From Candidatus Hodarchaeota archaeon (lineage in GTDB: Archaea; Asgardarchaeota; Lokiarchaeia; Sigyniarchaeales; SOKP01): a stretch of 64,000 nt of DNA. The notes beneath the pieces were generated by a model that was not told the origin of the DNA, searched no databases, and saw nothing but the letters and a program-made list of their open reading frames with translations. The stretch's first letter is position 1. Each line of letters starts with the position of its first letter. Where the stretch lies: assembly GCA_048887225.1 (NCBI GenBank), contig JBHLJY010000007.1:1-64000 (forward strand). The letters run 5' to 3'. The translations under genes were made by a program, and so were the position numbers. This document shows positions 58,612 through 64,000 of the stretch, piece after piece.

Positions 58612-58825
58612 AATGCCTAGTTAATGCAATATAGAAATTTATCAGATGTGCTTTATTGAGAGATAATAAAAACTGTCTGATTTTAGTATTTGCTTTTTAA
58701 TACATTTAAATATTTAAAAACTAATAACAAATTAAGAAGTTTTAAAAAATTTTATATTCATAAAAATATACTATTTATTGTATAACTTCTTTTTAATCAA
58801 CAACGTAAAATTTTTATGGTTTTAT

Positions 58826-59143
58826 ATGGCTAACGCAAATACGATTTTTATTAAAAATCGACGAGATAAAAGTAAGATCATTAAAGACGCGATTTTTGCT
58901 TTCTCTGGTGGGCGAAAATCTATTTTAATCAAAGGTGAAGGTGAAGAAATATCAACTGCGGTTGAAATTGCCGAGATTCTAAAAAATCGATTATATCCTG
59001 GTATAGAAATAGAAAATGTGTCTTTGGGAAGTCGTCCCTTTTATGAACGCAAGCATAGAGGCTATAATTATAGAAATAAATCTAATCAAAATAAAAAAGA
59101 TATAATTTCTAAAATCGAAATTTTACTTAAAACTAAATCTTAA
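58826..59143 (+). CDS. Alba-like nucleic acid-binding protein (start moved to ATG 58826)
   Basis: NTIFI...ILIKGEGEEISTAVEIAEIL...VSLGS...ISKIEILL. Confidence 0.75.
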   Translation: MANANTIFIKNRRDKSKIIKDAIFAFSGGRKSILIKGEGEEISTAVEIAEILKNRLYPGIEIENVSLGSRPFYERKHRGYNYRNKSNQNKKDIISKIEILLKTKS

Positions 59144-59182
59144 ATGTAATTCTATGACATTTAAAAAATTTTGTTGTGATTT

Positions 59183-59356
59183 ATGACAATTGGCTTTAAG
59201 AATTTAGGACCTATGATTAAGGAGTTAAGATTACCTGTTGTATGTGAAAAATGTGGTAATTATATATATAAGATGTGGTTTTACGATGAAAATTCTAAAC
59301 ATAAGGAAAAAATCGTTTTTGTTTGTAAAAACTGCCATAATAATTCAAAAAAATAG
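59183..59356 (+). CDS. 57-aa zinc-finger microprotein (below the ORF-track cutoff)
   Basis: MTIGFKNLGPMIKELRLPVVCEKCGNYIYKMWFYDENSKHKEKIVFVCKNCHNNSKK; two CxxC pairs; fills the gap up to the convergent gene. Confidence 0.7.
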   Translation: MTIGFKNLGPMIKELRLPVVCEKCGNYIYKMWFYDENSKHKEKIVFVCKNCHNNSKK

Positions 59357-59362
59357 GAAATT

Positions 59363-60214
59363 CTAAATTTTATAGTTATTAGTTTTATCCAATTTTTTAG
59401 CTACTTTTTTCTGTTTTTTGTTTTCTAAGTACTTGTTCCAATCGAAAGCAAAGATAATGTACATCATAGTTAACGTCACTAACAGCATTATACTTTCAGT
59501 AACAACGCTTTGGATGTCGTCAGAATTAACCCCAAATGCAGAAAAACCTAATAATAATAGAATGGGGAGTAAAACATAAAAAATGGTAGTAATATTTTTT
59601 CCTAACCACCCAGATATTAAACATTTTGAAAAATTAAACTCTTTTTTTTCCAACATTCCTAAAGCTATCCATAATGGATCATCAGGAATAGGTAAGGCAG
59701 CAGCAAGAAATATATATAAATACGTGCGATTGGGGTGATCAAGAATTAATTTACCAAAACCTTTGACATTTTCAAGGGTTCTAGAATCTTTGCTTTCTGT
59801 AAATTTTCTTGCGCCTCTTCCCAGTAAGAAACTAGTAAGTTCACCTAACGCGCAACCTAGACCAGCAGCAATTGCAATCCCTATGATCTCGAACCAGAAG
59901 GGTGCTGTCAATAATATTTCTTCCATTCTTAACCCATTATTCCTATATCTTAAATAAATAGAATTAGATAAAGAAAATAGTACAAAAGGGAAAGGTATTG
60001 GAAATCCTATACTTGCACTTCCAATGAAACAGATAATGAGCGAAATTAAAAGCGCCCATAAATAATTTGGTCCTTTAGTAAGATTTGCAATTTCTTGCCT
60101 TCCTTTTATTATGGTGTTTTGAATATCTGGCACTAGAAAAAATAATACAAGATAAATTACTACTGCTAAATAAAAGAATGTAAAAACAATAGTTAAATTC
60201 TTTCCTATCCCCAT
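59363..60214 (-). CDS. DedA/VTT (SNARE-associated) family membrane protein
   Basis: PIPFP, GCALGELTSFLLGRG, AALPIPDD, GKNI. Confidence 0.78.
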   Translation of the reverse strand: MGIGKNLTIVFTFFYLAVVIYLVLFFLVPDIQNTIIKGRQEIANLTKGPNYLWALLISLIICFIGSASIGFPIPFPFVLFSLSNSIYLRYRNNGLRMEEILLTAPFWFEIIGIAIAAGLGCALGELTSFLLGRGARKFTESKDSRTLENVKGFGKLILDHPNRTYLYIFLAAALPIPDDPLWIALGMLEKKEFNFSKCLISGWLGKNITTIFYVLLPILLLLGFSAFGVNSDDIQSVVTESIMLLVTLTMMYIIFAFDWNKYLENKKQKKVAKKLDKTNNYKI

Positions 60215-60250
60215 TCTTAGAATTAACTCTTTTATTTTTTATCTTAGTTT

Positions 60251-60640
60251 TTATTTGATCTTAAATATTTTGGTGTTCAATCCATTCCTTGCGTACAAAA
60301 TTTCTTCAGTAATAATAACTTTACCAACTTTATTTACCTTATTTGGCATTTCAAGATTTTCAATAACTATAATCAATTCATCTGTTTTCGGATTATAAAC
60401 CAAATCGCCTTTTTCAACATCTTTGATAGATTTTGGATTTATACCTTCTCTTAAACCCAAACCAGGAAGCGTCCAATATTTCTTCGATCCAAAACTAAAA
60501 CGTCCTCTTAGTACAAATGGCATCTTATCAAGTATTGCATCAGCAGAAATCGGAGCAAAAATACGGTCAATATAACCGTTTAAAGGTGTTATCCCGAAAA
60601 TTTCAATCTTGATAGGGATATCTCCACCTGATTCTGACAT
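60251..60640 (-). CDS. Cyclophilin-like fold protein
   Basis: APISADAILDKMPF...DVEKGDLVYNP...VNKVGKV. Confidence 0.65.
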   Translation of the reverse strand: MSESGGDIPIKIEIFGITPLNGYIDRIFAPISADAILDKMPFVLRGRFSFGSKKYWTLPGLGLREGINPKSIKDVEKGDLVYNPKTDELIIVIENLEMPNKVNKVGKVIITEEILYARNGLNTKIFKIK

Positions 60641-61156
60641 ATTCTATAAATAAAGTAAATAAATATTTATATTATTTCAAAAAAGTAAAATTTTTAAATG
60701 TTTTATTTTAGCGAGGAATTTTGTATAATAGGAAGATTTAAATAACTAAAAAAAGATACTATATGTGGACAATAGAAGATATGCAATGGTTAAAAAACGT
60801 AAACACAGTCTGAGCTGTTGAGCTGTATTACGAATATTTTTAATCGGTTCTTAATTCTCGACAATTTTTTATTAATAACCTTAGCACATATTAACAGAAA
60901 AAATACTTATATATTCCTTTATTACTCTTGTACAAAAGTACATTTTAATAAAGAATTACACAAAATTAACTAAATACGTTCCTTATAACTTTAAAGATTA
61001 GAGACAAAGCAACTTTTCTACTTTGATCTCTTGTCGATTTAAATAGTTATTTCTAATACCCGAGACAATTAAACCATAAAAATCGTTCTTATGAAAAAAC
61101 AAAAATAGAAGCTTTGATTTCGTAGGATAATTGTCAGATCTTAAAAAAATAACGAT

Positions 61157-62041
61157 CTAAATTCCTTCGAAACAATAATTCTTTAAATTATCGGAGCTTC
61201 TATTGTCCTCTTTTTTTCTCCTTTTTAAAAGATTATTAAATATATTTAAATCCGTTTCATAATCAATATCGTGAAAATTGATTTTTTTTTCTATTTCCAT
61301 GGCAATTATTTCACTTCCATTTCTTATCATATGATTTATAATTTCTCTAATTGTATTTACCGAAAATTTATTCTCAAATTTTTTAATCCGTTTAATAAAA
61401 TCAAACGAAAATATAAAAACAGGTATTATTTGTTTTATAAAATCTGAATCAGAAAAGTCCTGTAATTTATATTTTTTAATTTGTCTTATAAAGCATTTAG
61501 AGTCTTTCTTCTCTATATCAGCGATTGAAATTGTTTTAGATTCTTGTTGTTCTTTTAGAGCGCTAATTATCATTTCTCTGTAAAAGATTAAAGGATATTT
61601 TTGAATGAGATTAAAATTATTAACAATAATGCTAAAAATTTGATTTAGTAGATTAAATTGAAAAATTGTGTCTCCAGGAATCACAATATATATAGAATTT
61701 CTCTTAAATACATTTTTACTTGTAGTAATGGTTAAAAATGAATATAAGGGTCCTAATTTATATTGATTGCCAGAATCTATTATTATCAGTTTTTCTTCAA
61801 AATTAGAATTATAATTCTTTATTGAGGAAACACATTCATCAATCTTCATTCCCAAATGGCCTTTTACTATAGCGATTCGATGAATTCCTAATTCAATTAA
61901 ACTAGAAATCGTATGCTCTAAAATTGAAATATTATTTAATTCTTTAATTTTTATCAATGGTTTTGGGATGTTCTTGGTAATTTCTTTAAGTCTGATTCCT
62001 TCTCCAGCACATAGAATTATTGCTATAATTTTATTTTTCAA
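61157..62041 (-). CDS. NTP-transferase family protein
   Basis: AIILCAGEGIRLKEITKNIPKPL, PGD, DID. Confidence 0.8.
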   Translation of the reverse strand: MKNKIIAIILCAGEGIRLKEITKNIPKPLIKIKELNNISILEHTISSLIELGIHRIAIVKGHLGMKIDECVSSIKNYNSNFEEKLIIIDSGNQYKLGPLYSFLTITTSKNVFKRNSIYIVIPGDTIFQFNLLNQIFSIIVNNFNLIQKYPLIFYREMIISALKEQQESKTISIADIEKKDSKCFIRQIKKYKLQDFSDSDFIKQIIPVFIFSFDFIKRIKKFENKFSVNTIREIINHMIRNGSEIIAMEIEKKINFHDIDYETDLNIFNNLLKRRKKEDNRSSDNLKNYCFEGI

Positions 62042-62043
62042 AA

Positions 62044-62961
62044 CTATTCTCTCGTCGTGACTATAGTTTTGCCGTCCAAATCAATTACAATAGTGTGTTC
62101 TTCTTGAGCTACAGGAGCTCCAGTTCTTTCCACTAAAATTGGATAATGATCAAGTATTTTTTTTCTTAGAAATGAATCTATTATTCTATTAATTTTAGTT
62201 TTAGGGATGAGATTATGATTTTCGAGGAAACGAGGTGAGAATGGAAGATGTTTACAGTATTTCTCAATATTATTCATAAATCCTTGTTCTTCGTAAGGTA
62301 TATTTTTCTTAATTTTTTTAACAAATCGATAAATGTAAGAGCGTTGTCCATTGTCAACTCTTCCTACTCCAGAAGTTGCGAATGGTTCACACGCATAGGC
62401 ATCGCCAGGCTTTAAAACTTGATTATGAATTTTTTCTTTGTAATTTGGGATAAATGGTCCTGCGTGTAAAATGTATTGCTTTAATTCATGACCCCCTAAA
62501 TTTACAATTGGTCTTAAACCATGAGCGATAATTCTATTTGCAATAGCTTCACCCATTTCATATAATTTGATACCCGGCTTAAAAATCTCAATCGCAGCTT
62601 CAAGACCTTCTTTTGCTGCATCGACATAATTTTGAAGTTCAGGGTCATTATCAATATTAATTGTAAAAGCCGAATCCGCTATATACCCATTAAAGTGAGC
62701 CCCAATATCGATTTTTAATAAACCATTCTCGGGAACGACCGTATTATCATCTATAGGAGGGCTATAGTGAGCAGCAATTTCATTTAAAGAGATATTTATG
62801 GGAAAAGCCAATTCACATCCATTATTTAATATCTTAGCCTCACATCTATTGGCAATTTCTAAAAATGAGGCACCTGATTTTGCAATTTCACGAGCTAGCT
62901 TTTTAGCAGCGATTACAGCTTTTCCAGCTTTTATATAATCTTGGAGATAATCTTCACTCAT
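62044..62961 (-). CDS. map: Methionine aminopeptidase type II
   Basis: AFPINISLNEIAAHYSP, KIDIGAHFNGYIADSA, NLGGH, LHAG, CEPFAT, AQEEHT. Confidence 0.95.
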   Translation of the reverse strand: MSEDYLQDYIKAGKAVIAAKKLAREIAKSGASFLEIANRCEAKILNNGCELAFPINISLNEIAAHYSPPIDDNTVVPENGLLKIDIGAHFNGYIADSAFTINIDNDPELQNYVDAAKEGLEAAIEIFKPGIKLYEMGEAIANRIIAHGLRPIVNLGGHELKQYILHAGPFIPNYKEKIHNQVLKPGDAYACEPFATSGVGRVDNGQRSYIYRFVKKIKKNIPYEEQGFMNNIEKYCKHLPFSPRFLENHNLIPKTKINRIIDSFLRKKILDHYPILVERTGAPVAQEEHTIVIDLDGKTIVTTRE

Positions 62962-62993
62962 TTTTGAATAAATATTAAAGTAATTAAAATGGA

Positions 62994-64000
62994 TTAAGGA
63001 GTTAATCTATCTGGAGTTCGCGGATACATCACGCTTTCTCTGATATCTTCCAATCCACACAAAAATGTGACCCATCTTGCTATACCAAGACCAAAACCAG
63101 CGTGAGGTGGCATACCAAAATCAAATGTTCGAAGATGCGACTCAAATGAAGCAGAATTTAGCCCCTTTGCTTCAAGCGTCGCAGTTAATTGTGCTTTATT
63201 ATGAACCCTTGTCCCACCTGACGTTAATTCTAACCATCCCATTTGTAGATCGAATGATTCACTATATTTTGGGTCTTTTGATGGCATAATGTAAAATGGT
63301 TTAATTGACATGGGCCAATGAGTGATGTAATAATATCCTGTTAATTCTTCTCCTAATTTTCGATAAGCTTCTGTCGAAATATCCTCACCCCATTCAATTT
63401 CTATTCTAAATTTAGTATTTATTAATTCCAAAATCTCGTCGTAAGTATATCGAGGGAAAGGAATTTCTGGTACTGTTGTCTTGTTTTCCATTTTTAAAAA
63501 CTTTAACGCATCCATTTTATTCTTTCTAATATCTTTGATAACATTATGAATTAATTCTTCTAAAATCTTGAGGATATCACTCATATCTGCAAAGGCCATT
63601 TCGATATCTAGGACAAAAATCTCACATAAATGCCTTTTTGTACGACTCTTCTCAGCTCTGAAACATGGGCTAATTTCAAAAACACGTTCATATACACCAC
63701 TTAATTGTTCTTTATATAATTGGGCTGACTGTGTTAAAAAGGCTTCTCTCTCAAAATACATAATCGGAAATAATTCAGTCCCTCCTTCTGTTGCTGATCC
63801 GATAATTTTCGGTGTTGTCATTTCTGTAAAATCGTTTGCAAATAGAAATTTTCGAATAGCTCTTAGTAATTCTCCTCTTATTTCAAAAATTGCCTGATTT
63901 CTTAGAGATCTCAAATCTAAAGCTCTATTATTTAGTCTAAGATCCAATTCTGAAAGAGTCTCTCCAGTCATATCTATTGGTAGCTTTTCTGGAGTTTTAT
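62994..64000 (-). CDS. aspS: Aspartate--tRNA ligase, archaeal type; 5' part lies beyond the window
   Basis: RLNNRALDLR, ATEGGTELF, LTQSAQLYK, FRAEKS, RHLCE, GMPPHAGFGLG, PRTPDRLTP; frame stays open upstream of 63971 (...KTPEKLPIDM). Confidence 0.93.
   Translation of the reverse strand, partial: KTPEKLPIDMTGETLSELDLRLNNRALDLRSLRNQAIFEIRGELLRAIRKFLFANDFTEMTTPKIIGSATEGGTELFPIMYFEREAFLTQSAQLYKEQLSGVYERVFEISPCFRAEKSRTKRHLCEIFVLDIEMAFADMSDILKILEELIHNVIKDIRKNKMDALKFLKMENKTTVPEIPFPRYTYDEILELINTKFRIEIEWGEDISTEAYRKLGEELTGYYYITHWPMSIKPFYIMPSKDPKYSESFDLQMGWLELTSGGTRVHNKAQLTATLEAKGLNSASFESHLRTFDFGMPPHAGFGLGIARWVTFLCGLEDIRESVMYPRTPDRLTP

Noticed and set aside
59154-59204. MTFKKFCCDL-TGA as a possible selenocysteine read-through ORF
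   Set aside because: A TAG follows five codons after the TGA, and the overlapping frame holds the better zinc-finger ORF
60641-61156. 515-bp intergenic gap as a possible ncRNA or TGA read-through ORF (60763 MWTIEDMQWLKNVNTV-TGA...)
   Set aside because: Very AT-rich, no convincing stems or tRNA/SRP/RNase P features, and read-through gives only 26 aa with no motif
594-63897. Many short ORF-track entries antisense or out of frame inside long genes (e.g. 5508..5882, 9462..9743, 29410..29733, 50184..50528, 57045..57413, 63568..63897)
   Set aside because: Shadow ORFs overlapping well-supported genes, with no motifs of their own

Overview
AT-rich archaeal chromosome segment, most likely from an Asgard archaeon of Lokiarchaeia type. 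The evidence is archaeal ThrRS, SepRS, AspRS, CTP-dependent riboflavin kinase, RibL, type II MetAP, translin and Alba, together with eukaryote-signature-like proteins (Rab-like GTPase, longin-like, JAMM/MPN, probable Bro1). The first ~27.5 kb is a cell-surface region. It holds a minus-strand operon of C-terminally anchored ectoproteins and three giant tandem beta-helix (NosD/CASH) proteins built from about 14 shuffled modules. Two of these carry proteases of different clans (C13/caspase-like and S8), all three end in WDF(Y/L)YV, and the transcription units share a promoter motif. The rest is mostly housekeeping. Best leads: (1) a free-standing GIY-YIG endonuclease gene between a dead 11-codon copy of the thrS 5' end and the intact thrS, which looks like a homing-type element that supplies a replacement gene start; (2) three conserved genes whose only possible in-frame starts are ATA/ATC/ATT; (3) the modular protease-bearing beta-helix array; (4) a candidate Bro1-domain protein. 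All calls come from reading motifs by eye; no searches were run.
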